Made by a program: the position numbers and the translations under genes. Source: Promethearchaeota archaeon (lineage in GTDB: Archaea; Asgardarchaeota; Lokiarchaeia; Sigyniarchaeales; SOKP01). From it: a DNA stretch of 64,000 bases. The stretch lies in contig JAHPZI010000007.1 in assembly GCA_019058295.1 (NCBI GenBank), forward strand, positions 47,465-111,464, in the 5' to 3' direction. This document shows positions 49,270-59,168 of this stretch, in pieces (the stretch's first letter is position 1; the number at the start of each line of letters is the position of its first letter). A model generated the notes under the pieces. It did not search any database. It was given only the letters and a program-made list of their open reading frames with translations, and was not told where the DNA came from.

Positions 49270-52200
49270 TTAATCATCTAGCCCTTTCTCTTTTAATAAC
49301 TCATCAAAATCGGTTGTTTTTTTCTTTTTAATTTTTTTGGATTCAATCTTTTTTGGGGATTTTATTTTTTTCTTTGTTGATTTTTTAGGTTTTTTTTCAA
49401 TTTTTTTCTTCTTTTCAACTTTCTTGAGTGATTTTGGTTCAGTAATAGCTTTTTTAGGCTTTTTTGATGGTTTTTTAACCCTTTTTGGTAATTTTTTTGC
49501 TTTTTTCAAGGATTTCTCTTCTTTTTCATCAATTTTTTCAGCTAATAAAGTATCTAAATCTGTAGTTTTTTTCTTTTTAGCTTCTTTAGGTTCAATTCTT
49601 TCCTCAATAATGATTTCTGCCGGTTCGCCTTTAAGTTTGGCTTTTTCACCTTCTCCCGGTTTTTCTTCTATTTTCTTGGGTTCTAATTCAGAGACTTTTA
49701 CATATCTACCTCTGCGTGGTTTCTTTTTAAGAGGTTCTTCTGGTAGTTTTTCTATCTTCTTTTTAATTCTTTTAGCGTAAATAAAAGTTAATAAACCAAT
49801 TAAAACAAATAATAAAATCATAATCACTAGAAAATATTCGAGGATATAATCACCTAATTCTTTATCAATGACTTCCACAGTAATTGTATCTTGTTTGATA
49901 TAGGGTTCATTTGAAAAAATATTTTCAGCAAATATTGTTATTTGTATATCTAATTCATTATAATCAGTGTCTGAAACCTCTATTACAACAATAATCTCAA
50001 TGGAATCGCCTGGAATAAACCAGTTTAATAAATTATTATCTTGTCCTCTTATTTTGTAATCCAAATCCTTATCCTCTATATTGATTGTTATATCAATTAT
50101 TTTTAAAATTGAATTTCCTGTGTTTTTTAGCTTAAAAGTTATAGGCGCGTCTGTATTTCTATACACAATAGATTCATCATCTTTACTAGATATTGAAATT
50201 TTATTCAATGGTTTTATAATTCCTATTGTTATATTAATGGAATTATTTAATCCGTAATCGTCTCCTTTCCAACTTAATCTAATTACTAAAGTTTCTTCAA
50301 AATCAAATTGTAAAGTATTAATAGAAAAGCTCGTGAAACCATTTGCATCAGTTAATTCTGTTTGATCAGAGATATTAACCCATTTATTATTTTGATAGTA
50401 TTGACATAAAACGTTTTTATTTGGCAATGGAATCCCAAATTCAGTAGTTAAAACTGAACTTAAATCAAAAGTGTTTCCTTTGATTGGATTTTCAGGATTT
50501 ACTACGATGTCATTAAAAAAAGTGTCTACTTTTAACTCAAATTCATCAATAAACTGATTATAGGTGCTAATATAGCAATCATCGTATACATTTATTGTTA
50601 AAATAGTTTTATTAGGAAGATAAACGCATTTGTCTCTCTCAATAGACTTAATAATTATTGATCCGCTACCCACGGTTGATATTGTTCCAAGAATATAGCC
50701 TTCAAAAATATTATCGGTTTCATTAATTATTAAGGAATAATTATTACTAATATAATTGCCTGCAAAATTATTTTCAATATACACAGAGACTATAGTTTTG
50801 GCTCCACTTTGCCTAATTGGAGCATTTAAACCATTCCAAGTTAAATCAGCCTTTATTTTTGGTATAGTTAAATTAACAGTAAATTCTTTAGTGTCTCCCC
50901 CCCCAGGACTATATTTTCCAAGATTTATCTCTTCAGAGATAGTTTTATTAATAATCCAATTCTCGTTGGCAAGAGATACAAGCTTTACTGATATTTTAAC
51001 ATCTACATCAAATCCTAGATTCATATTCTGAATTAATAATTTAAATTTAACTGTTTCCCCTGGATTTAATATAGTTTCATTCTGAAGAAAATTTTTCATA
51101 TATACTTCAAGTTTATTTTCCTCATCGTAATCATAAGAGAATGTTCCCTCATTAATAGAAAGAGTATTATTCACGGGATAAAAATTTGGAACATAATGTC
51201 CAGTAGTATTTTGTATTGATCCGATTAATACTTGATAGTTATCTAGAACATTATTGATAGGGTCAGCAATTACATAATTGAGACCATTATCTCTTTCATA
51301 TGTGCAATTTTGTAGATTAATATCATACGCATCAATATGAATATTGATTTTATCACATCCGATAATTGAACCATTTGTCCAGAAAAATCCTAATGTATAA
51401 TCTTTCGCTAATGGAACAGCCTGAGTTATATTTAATATAGTATGATTACTAAAATCATAGTAAAGATATGATCCATCTAAGGCTTTTTTACCCTTAGTAG
51501 AGAAAAGTTCCGCAGTAAGAAATTTATCATTATTTGGATAAAACAACGAAACATTTGCATAGGCATTTTTATTTTTAGGAGCTAATCCATTGTGATCTCG
51601 TATATCAACTTTTACAGAGATATTATCTCCGTACATAAAACCATAGGTTTCCCATAAAATTCCTTTAAAATTAATATAACTATGCATATCGTAAATCGCA
51701 TTTGGGCTTGTTAAATTTAGAGAATAATTACCAGTAAATTTAGCCTTATCTAAGGGATCGATAATACTTGCATTTACAACAAATTTTTCATAATTCGGTA
51801 GCTCATTAAAAGAAAATTCTCTGTTTGTCTTGTTATATGTTTGACTAACATTAGGGACAGTTAAATTCTGAGCTGTATAATATTCAGGATAAATATACCA
51901 GAATTGCGTAAAGTTCCAATTGTCGAATTTAGAATCAAATAAATTTAAAGAGTAATTAAAGATCCATTCAGGTGTTCTAAGATAATTCACATGATAGAAA
52001 GATGTAATATTTTCTTCAATAAAAGCCTCAACGGTATAATTTACGTTAAATTTGAATCCTTTAATATAGGTTTTATTCCAAGTAAGATTCACTCGAAATT
52101 TGTTATCTGCATAAATTCCAATCGAAGGGTTAAATTCGTGAGACCAAAGTCCCCAACCCCATCTAAGAGCTGGATTATTACGCGCTTCTGAATCCTGTCC

Positions 52201-53778
52201 TGTAATCAATTCTAATAAATCAGTGATAGAATCATCAAATGTAATATTTTGAATTCTTAAAGTGTTTATTTCATCTATTTCAAAATCCGAAGGCATATAT
52301 CCTCTGGTTACATTTAATATAAATTGACTGGCATCTAAGAGTCCCAGAGCTCGAGCCTCAGTGGAAAGAAAACAGAAGGCTCTCTTCCAAGTGTCACCAT
52401 TATCTGTTGTCGTTTTTAATACATGATCATTCTCCCCATCCCCAAAAGGATCGGTAATAGGAAGAGTCACCAGACTATAAATTTCAGAATCGGAACTATT
52501 AGATTTAATCACAATAAAATAATTGTAACGAGTTAAATTATTGGTTTTACTGGAATTAAAATCAAAATAAAAAAGCTCATCCCCATGATAATCGCTATAT
52601 TCCCATAATTTTGAATCTAATGGCCTTTGTGTTAAATTTGGTTGTATTAAAGTAGCACCACTACCAGGAGACTGTATTAAATTATTTTCTCCAACAAACC
52701 CTTCTCTTGTCATCGTATTATTTGCTCGATAGAGTGAAATATTTAATCTAGCATTTCTAGCCTTTGTAAGGTTTAAAGTTCTTATCCATACATAAAATCC
52801 ATTTACAGTTGATTTTAATCCGCGTAAATCAAATTCTAAAGCAACATATTTTGTATCCGTTATTTCTAATTCTAAAACTAAAAAAGATATGGGCTTAAAT
52901 TCATATAAAGTAACATTAAAATCTGAATTATCACTTCTATCGAAAGTAAATCGAATGAGTGTACAATTTGTAGAGTTAATAAAATTTAAATTCTTATTTA
53001 TTATTATTTCATCAAGATTATGAGGTCCGAGTGTACTATTTATCTCAATTGTATTTGTTATATTTATAAAATCTCCAGTATCGTAAAAATCCTTCATATA
53101 AACTGTTAAATTAGCATTGAGGCTAATATTATAAATGGAATTTAATATGAATCCTATAATATTTTTTCTATCAAAATCAACCGATTTACTAATTCTACTT
53201 TCAACACCAGAAAAATTTGCACAAATGGTGAAATTTACGAAGCCATAACTAGAACTTATGTTCCAATATGTTAAATAATTATCATCAGTTAAATAATTGA
53301 ATCCGCCATTTAAATAACCAGTTCCATTATGAATTGTTATACTTGAATAATCTGAATCATATTCATACTCCTCAAAATAACTACCCCCAGAGGGATTTAA
53401 AGCGCTATCACTTTCTATGTTATATTCTGTGGTAAAATTATTATCAAAATTGAAAAATAATTCTCCAGAACTAAGATTTGAGTTAGATACTGGAGCCGTA
53501 ATATTAAAATATCCATTATTATTTTCCGAACTAGATTTATTATTCATAAAAGTTCGAACTGTTCGATTAACTCCTGATCCAGTAATAAAATCAGTTAGAT
53601 TTAAGTTTCCTGAACTATGAGGAATTTTAATATCTTCCAAATCAATTGGATTTATTATATCATTTTTATCAGATTTAGAATCAAATTTATTTATTGCAGG
53701 TAAATTGGATATAAGTATTAAAATAATAAAAATACCTATTAAAGAAAGTTTCTTGATTTCCTTTTTTTTCGGAAGCAC
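49270..53778 (-). CDS. Large single-pass surface (glyco)protein with Lys-rich cytoplasmic tail
   Basis: N-terminal basic-hydrophobic signal; many NxS/T sequons; Ig-like modules (TDANG, LKNTG); TM near the C-terminus; ~165-aa K/E-rich tail. Confidence 0.8.
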   Translation of the reverse strand: MLPKKKEIKKLSLIGIFIILILISNLPAINKFDSKSDKNDIINPIDLEDIKIPHSSGNLNLTDFITGSGVNRTVRTFMNNKSSSENNNGYFNITAPVSNSNLSSGELFFNFDNNFTTEYNIESDSALNPSGGSYFEEYEYDSDYSSITIHNGTGYLNGGFNYLTDDNYLTYWNISSSYGFVNFTICANFSGVESRISKSVDFDRKNIIGFILNSIYNISLNANLTVYMKDFYDTGDFINITNTIEINSTLGPHNLDEIIINKNLNFINSTNCTLIRFTFDRSDNSDFNVTLYEFKPISFLVLELEITDTKYVALEFDLRGLKSTVNGFYVWIRTLNLTKARNARLNISLYRANNTMTREGFVGENNLIQSPGSGATLIQPNLTQRPLDSKLWEYSDYHGDELFYFDFNSSKTNNLTRYNYFIVIKSNSSDSEIYSLVTLPITDPFGDGENDHVLKTTTDNGDTWKRAFCFLSTEARALGLLDASQFILNVTRGYMPSDFEIDEINTLRIQNITFDDSITDLLELITGQDSEARNNPALRWGWGLWSHEFNPSIGIYADNKFRVNLTWNKTYIKGFKFNVNYTVEAFIEENITSFYHVNYLRTPEWIFNYSLNLFDSKFDNWNFTQFWYIYPEYYTAQNLTVPNVSQTYNKTNREFSFNELPNYEKFVVNASIIDPLDKAKFTGNYSLNLTSPNAIYDMHSYINFKGILWETYGFMYGDNISVKVDIRDHNGLAPKNKNAYANVSLFYPNNDKFLTAELFSTKGKKALDGSYLYYDFSNHTILNITQAVPLAKDYTLGFFWTNGSIIGCDKINIHIDAYDINLQNCTYERDNGLNYVIADPINNVLDNYQVLIGSIQNTTGHYVPNFYPVNNTLSINEGTFSYDYDEENKLEVYMKNFLQNETILNPGETVKFKLLIQNMNLGFDVDVKISVKLVSLANENWIINKTISEEINLGKYSPGGGDTKEFTVNLTIPKIKADLTWNGLNAPIRQSGAKTIVSVYIENNFAGNYISNNYSLIINETDNIFEGYILGTISTVGSGSIIIKSIERDKCVYLPNKTILTINVYDDCYISTYNQFIDEFELKVDTFFNDIVVNPENPIKGNTFDLSSVLTTEFGIPLPNKNVLCQYYQNNKWVNISDQTELTDANGFTSFSINTLQFDFEETLVIRLSWKGDDYGLNNSINITIGIIKPLNKISISSKDDESIVYRNTDAPITFKLKNTGNSILKIIDITINIEDKDLDYKIRGQDNNLLNWFIPGDSIEIIVVIEVSDTDYNELDIQITIFAENIFSNEPYIKQDTITVEVIDKELGDYILEYFLVIMILLFVLIGLLTFIYAKRIKKKIEKLPEEPLKKKPRRGRYVKVSELEPKKIEEKPGEGEKAKLKGEPAEIIIEERIEPKEAKKKKTTDLDTLLAEKIDEKEEKSLKKAKKLPKRVKKPSKKPKKAITEPKSLKKVEKKKKIEKKPKKSTKKKIKSPKKIESKKIKKKKTTDFDELLKEKGLDD

Positions 53779-53935
53779 CAGAACAACCGTGTATTATCCA
53801 GTTTTGTTTAATTATAAAATAATTTAATAATAATAAAATTTCCCAATTTCATATTTGCTAATGGTTAAATATTATATAATTCTTTAATTATTCTAATATC
53901 GAGACACAAAATAATAAAATTTGGATTAATAAACA

Positions 53936-55297
53936 ATGAGCGAAGAATTAATAATAAAAGAAATTGATGATAATAAAGAAGAATATATCGAATTTCTTAG
54001 AGAATTAATTAAGGCTAAATCTTATAATCCCCCGGGAGATGAAAAAAATGTTGCTTTAAAAATTAAGGATTATTTAAGTAGAGAAAGAATCAAATCTGAG
54101 ATTTTCCCTTTTGGCGAAAATCGTGCCAATTTATTAGCATTTTTAAATGATAATTTTAATAACAAAAATCTTTTATATAATGGACACATGGATGTAGTTC
54201 CACCAGGAAATGAGGCAGAATGGAAAAATCCTCCTCTTTCTGCTACTATTAAAAGAAAAAAACTTATATTTGGTCGAGGAGCAACTGATATGAAAGGGCC
54301 GTTGGCAGCAATGATTATAGCATTGAAAATTTTAAAAAAATTAGATCTAAATTTATCAGGAAATTTAATATTAAACGCTGTTGCTGATGAAGAAACAGGA
54401 GGAAAATTAGGTACAAAATGGTGCTTAGATAATAAATTGAATTCCATTAAATGTGATTTTACGATTGTGGGTGAACCAACAGGTCTAAACCCATTTCCTA
54501 AAGCAATTGTTTTAGGAGAAAAAGGTCGTATTGTGTTAAAATTAATAACAAATGGTATGTCTGCTCATGCCTCTGTACCTTTTATTGGAAAAAATGCTAT
54601 ATCCATGATGAGCGATATCATCCAAAACCTAACTAAATTAGAAAATTATATTCCAAAAATAGAACCCCCCCTATCAATTGAAGAATTAAAAAAATTAATG
54701 ATGTCTGTTTTCCAGAGTAAAGAAATGTTTGAGAGGATCTATAAGGAACAAAAAGTTTTACCTAATCTTCTTAAGGCGCTTACTCAATATACTATAACTG
54801 TTACTAAGATCAATGGTGGAATAAAAGATAATGTTGTTCCTGATCAATGTGAGGCAATATTTGACATTAGGTTATTACCTAATCAATCAATTGAAGAAAT
54901 ACTAGAAGGAATTACAAAATTGGTAATAGAATTAGGATATATAGTAAATGATCAACCTACAGGAAAACCTGAAGAAATCTTTGTTTATTTGGAAGTGCTA
55001 AATCAATCAGAAGCATCATTTTGGAAAGATTGGAAAAAGGATTTAACTTTAAAGAATCTCTTTAATATTATTGAACATATATATAAAGAAAAACCATATT
55101 ATTTCGTATTTCCTGCAAGTTCGGATGCTAATTATTATCGTAATAGCAATTTCTGTAAAAAAACTATTTTATTTGGACCTGGAAGGGGTAGAACGGCACA
55201 TGCAAAAAATGAATTTATAGAAATTCAAGATTTTATTAATGCTATCAAAGTTTATACATTATTTGCCTATAATTTTCTAAAAGAATCTAACAATTAA
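53936..55297 (+). CDS. M20 family metallopeptidase/deacylase (ArgE/DapE-like)
   Basis: GHMDVVP, GRGATDMKG, ADEE, VGEP, FGPG...AH. Confidence 0.92.
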   Translation: MSEELIIKEIDDNKEEYIEFLRELIKAKSYNPPGDEKNVALKIKDYLSRERIKSEIFPFGENRANLLAFLNDNFNNKNLLYNGHMDVVPPGNEAEWKNPPLSATIKRKKLIFGRGATDMKGPLAAMIIALKILKKLDLNLSGNLILNAVADEETGGKLGTKWCLDNKLNSIKCDFTIVGEPTGLNPFPKAIVLGEKGRIVLKLITNGMSAHASVPFIGKNAISMMSDIIQNLTKLENYIPKIEPPLSIEELKKLMMSVFQSKEMFERIYKEQKVLPNLLKALTQYTITVTKINGGIKDNVVPDQCEAIFDIRLLPNQSIEEILEGITKLVIELGYIVNDQPTGKPEEIFVYLEVLNQSEASFWKDWKKDLTLKNLFNIIEHIYKEKPYYFVFPASSDANYYRNSNFCKKTILFGPGRGRTAHAKNEFIEIQDFINAIKVYTLFAYNFLKESNN

Positions 55298-55317
55298 TAT
55301 CGGGAAAGGTAAAGAAA

Positions 55318-56499
55318 ATGGAGACATCTAAAACTGAAGATACTATCCTCCTTATTGATGCATCAAGATCGATGATAAAAAAATATCCTAAACCTATTCG
55401 AATTAGTAGATTAGCTGTCGCATTGCAAGCATCAAAGAATTTTATTCAGACTAAACTTGCTATTGATCCAAAAGATAATATTTCCATAATTTCATTTGGA
55501 ATTAATCCAAAAAGACTATGTCCATATACTTACGATAAGAATGTGTTATTTAATTCATTAAAGAAAATTCAAATAACTGGTAAAGGTCATTTACACCAAG
55601 CAATTGCATTTTCATTACAAATAATCATTCAAGAAATGCGTAAGATAAGTGGAAAAATTCATAGAATTTTCATCATAAGCGATGATAAATTAAATTATCA
55701 AAAAAAAATAGAAAAAATTGTTAATCTTGCTAAAGGATTAGGCGTTTATATTGATGTATGTCAAATAGGAAAGCCGCAAGATTATAAAACGAGCTCACTT
55801 AAAAGGATTGCTGATTTTACAAACGGCGATTATGGTTATTTTAATAACCCGAAAGCAATAATTAATTCTGGAAAAGAATATGCATCAAAAAAATTAGTTA
55901 GATCGCAACCAAGCTATTATTCTTCAGATAAGATAGAAAAAGTAGCTCCATTAATGAGTGAAATTGCTTTACCTTTAAGAAGACCAACTTTAATGGAAAT
56001 ACGCTCACTGATGAGAGAAAGTGGAATAGGAGAAAAAAAATGCGGTATTTGTCATTCAATTAAAGCTCCATTAACTAATGCAGATTTTTATACAGAAGGG
56101 CGATATTGCCCTAATTGTGACAGACCAGTACATTTATCATGTGCAGCTATGTGGGCAAAAAAATCCGAAGATAAAAAGAATGTTTTTAGATGTCCTTTTT
56201 GTTTTTTCTTAATTAAAATTTCAAGATCTGCTATGAAAATGTTTGAAAATTTAGATAAGGACTCTGATGATCCTGAAATAATTGAAGAAAGTTACATTAA
56301 AGAAGCAAATATGATTGAAATTAAGAATATTGATCAAATCAACGCATCATGCACTTATTGTTATAATATTTTTTTAGGAGATTTTAAAGTATTTAAATGT
56401 GAGAATTGCGGTTCTTTCTATCATGACCCATGCCTTCAGAAAATGTATACCGAATTGAAGGCTTGTAGATTCTGCGGTGCTAAAATTATTAACTTGTAA
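55318..56499 (+). CDS. vWA domain plus two C4HC3 RING/PHD-like fingers
   Basis: LLIDASRSM MIDAS; CxxC..CxxC.x4.HxxC..W..CxxC, with a second finger at the C-terminus. Confidence 0.8.
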   Translation: METSKTEDTILLIDASRSMIKKYPKPIRISRLAVALQASKNFIQTKLAIDPKDNISIISFGINPKRLCPYTYDKNVLFNSLKKIQITGKGHLHQAIAFSLQIIIQEMRKISGKIHRIFIISDDKLNYQKKIEKIVNLAKGLGVYIDVCQIGKPQDYKTSSLKRIADFTNGDYGYFNNPKAIINSGKEYASKKLVRSQPSYYSSDKIEKVAPLMSEIALPLRRPTLMEIRSLMRESGIGEKKCGICHSIKAPLTNADFYTEGRYCPNCDRPVHLSCAAMWAKKSEDKKNVFRCPFCFFLIKISRSAMKMFENLDKDSDDPEIIEESYIKEANMIEIKNIDQINASCTYCYNIFLGDFKVFKCENCGSFYHDPCLQKMYTELKACRFCGAKIINL

Positions 56500-56581
56500 A
56501 TAGGATTAAATTCTTGTTTTATCTAAAATATTTAAGAATAGCAATCCTTTTATTATTAAATAATAAAGAGAGTAAGTCAAT

Positions 56582-58633
56582 TTGACAGAAACAAATAGGA
56601 TTAAATGGGTGGTTACATCCGCTTGGCCATATGTAAACGCTATTCCACATTTAGGCAATATGGTTGGTTCTGTATTATCAGCAGACGTGTTTGCTAGATA
56701 TCTCCGATTAAAAGGTAATGAAGTTATCTTTGTTTCCGGATCAGATTCCCATGGAACTCCAGTGGCTGTAGCAGCAAAAAAGCAAAATGTTTCTGCTAAA
56801 GATTTGGCATTCAAAAATCATAAAATAATTAAAAATCTATTTAAGCTCTGGAATATCTCATATGATAATTACACAATTACTCATAACCCAACTCACATTA
56901 AATTTGTTCAAGATTTTTATTTAGATATACAAAAAAATGGATATATATTTGAAAAAGAAATTGAATCTCTCTTTTGTGAAAAAGACAATTTATATCTTCC
57001 AGATCGATTTGTAGAAGGAATATGTCCTCATTGTGGATACGAAAATGCTAGGGGTGATCAATGTGATAATTGTCAGAAATTATTGCTTCCCTCAGAATTA
57101 AAAAACCCTCGTTGTGCAATATGTGATTCAACCCCAGAAATTAGGACAACCAAACACTGGTACATGGATTTTCCAAAATTGCAGGCTCGCCTTGAAAAAT
57201 TAATAAATGAAAACAAAATCATCCCTCAAAATGCCCGTCAAATGTTATTAAATAGTATCGCCGAAGGATTACCTGAAAGAGCTATAACCAGAGATCTTGA
57301 ATGGGGTATACCCGCTAAGTTTAAAGGAGCTGAGAATAAAACAATATATGTATGGTTCGAAGCAGTCTTAGGATATGTATCTGCTGTTAAGGAATGGGCA
57401 GAAAAGATAATTAATCAGCCAATAAAATTTGATCATTTTTGGAAAGATAAAAATACAAAAACAGTTTATTTTATTGGAAAAGATAATATTATTTTTCATT
57501 TAATTGTTTTTCCTGGGTTATTAATCGCTTTTAATGATGATAAATCAGAAAGTGAAAAATTAGTTTTACCCTATAATGTGTCATCAACTGAATTTTTAAT
57601 GTATGAAAATGAAAAATTCTCTAAATCAAGGGGAGTTGGAATTTGGATCGATGAAGCCTTAGAATTGGCTCCATTAGACTACTGGCGCTTTAACTTAATT
57701 TACAATAGACCTGAAAAGAGTGATACTTCATTTTTATGGTCTGAATTTAATAACAACATAAAAACTTTGAATGATGTTATTGGGAATTTTATTCATCGTA
57801 CATTAACTTTTATAATTAAGCAATTTGAAGGGAAAATACCTAAAAAAATTGAGTTAGATAATACCGATAAAGAATTTATTTCTAAAATATCGTCTATAGG
57901 GGATATTGTCGGAAATGCTCTAGAAAATTTTGAACTAAGAAAAGCCCTTAGAGACACAGTTAAATTTGCAAGAGAGGGGAATGTGTATTTAAATGATAAA
58001 GCACCATGGCATTTAATAAAAGAAAAGAAGGAAGCAGCTGGGCATGTATTTAATATCTGTGCTCAAGCAGTTTATGCTCTAGCAGTCTTATTTGGTCCAT
58101 TTATACCCGATACCTCAAAAAAGATATTAGATTATTTAAATATTCAAAAAGAATTAAATGATTTAGGTTGGAACAGTATAGGGGAGAATTCGCTTCTTGC
58201 CGGTCATACGATCATTAAACCTAAACCTCTATTTCAAAAATTAGATATTAAAGAAATACAAGAAAAATATATAAAATTAAAAGCAAAAGAAAAAGGAAAG
58301 AGTGATGTTGAAATGATTTCTTATGATGATTTCAAAAAATTAGATATTAGAGTTGCCTTAATTGAAAATGTAGAAAAGGTTGAAAAAGCAGAGAATTTAT
58401 TAAAATTAACTATAGATCTCGGTACTGAAAAAAGAACTATAGTCGCAGGTTTAGCAAAATATTACAACGAAAATGAATTAGTCGGAAAAAAAATCATAGT
58501 TCTCACAAATTTGGAACCAAAGAAATTAAGAGGTATCACAAGTCATGGTATGCTTCTCGCTGCTGATGATGAAAAAACAGTTTCTATTTTGATACCAGAT
58601 AAAGATATTGCTCCTGGATCTAAAGTTCTGTAA
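56582..58633 (+). CDS. metG: Methionine--tRNA ligase with C-terminal tRNA-binding domain
   Basis: TSAWPY, HLGN, Zn-knuckle CxxC pairs, YVWFEA, KFSKS, C-terminal OB domain (SHGMLLAA). Confidence 0.97.
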   Translation: MTETNRIKWVVTSAWPYVNAIPHLGNMVGSVLSADVFARYLRLKGNEVIFVSGSDSHGTPVAVAAKKQNVSAKDLAFKNHKIIKNLFKLWNISYDNYTITHNPTHIKFVQDFYLDIQKNGYIFEKEIESLFCEKDNLYLPDRFVEGICPHCGYENARGDQCDNCQKLLLPSELKNPRCAICDSTPEIRTTKHWYMDFPKLQARLEKLINENKIIPQNARQMLLNSIAEGLPERAITRDLEWGIPAKFKGAENKTIYVWFEAVLGYVSAVKEWAEKIINQPIKFDHFWKDKNTKTVYFIGKDNIIFHLIVFPGLLIAFNDDKSESEKLVLPYNVSSTEFLMYENEKFSKSRGVGIWIDEALELAPLDYWRFNLIYNRPEKSDTSFLWSEFNNNIKTLNDVIGNFIHRTLTFIIKQFEGKIPKKIELDNTDKEFISKISSIGDIVGNALENFELRKALRDTVKFAREGNVYLNDKAPWHLIKEKKEAAGHVFNICAQAVYALAVLFGPFIPDTSKKILDYLNIQKELNDLGWNSIGENSLLAGHTIIKPKPLFQKLDIKEIQEKYIKLKAKEKGKSDVEMISYDDFKKLDIRVALIENVEKVEKAENLLKLTIDLGTEKRTIVAGLAKYYNENELVGKKIIVLTNLEPKKLRGITSHGMLLAADDEKTVSILIPDKDIAPGSKVL

Positions 58634-58679
58634 TTTATAATAAAATAACTAAAAAGAAAACTAAAAGATTTTAAAAACT

Positions 58680-59087
58680 CTATTTTTCATATAAGTAAAT
58701 TCCATTTGCCTTTAGAATTTCTCCAGCTTTATCATTATCACTGACATGTATAATGAGCACTGGTCCTTTCTTTACAAAAGTACTATAGAGAAAATCAATG
58801 TTAATATTATGATCTCCTAATACTTGAGCAACCTTTTCAATTAGTTCTGAACTAGTTGGATTGTCGGGTAATAATACAGCAATTACTTCTTTCATGGAAT
58901 AATCATATTTGTTTTCATCTAATACCCTTTTCATATCGTCAGGTTTATTAACAATAAAAAGGACTAAACCTGGTATCTGAGAAACCGTAATTGATACAAT
59001 TATAATATTATTATCATTGAGCATTTTAGTGAACTCGGCTAACATACCGGGTTGGTCAGGCATCTTAACTGAAATTTGAGTCAACAT
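58680..59087 (-). CDS. Tandem ACT-domain protein
   Basis: QISV..PDQPGML, second ACT unit LPDNP...NINIDFLY. Confidence 0.85.
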   Translation of the reverse strand: MLTQISVKMPDQPGMLAEFTKMLNDNNIIIVSITVSQIPGLVLFIVNKPDDMKRVLDENKYDYSMKEVIAVLLPDNPTSSELIEKVAQVLGDHNINIDFLYSTFVKKGPVLIIHVSDNDKAGEILKANGIYLYEK

Positions 59088-59168
59088 TTTACAAAATCAT
59101 CTATTATTTTTTGTTAGATAATTTAATTGTACTTTTTATTTTTACTTTATTACCTTAATAAAAAAATA

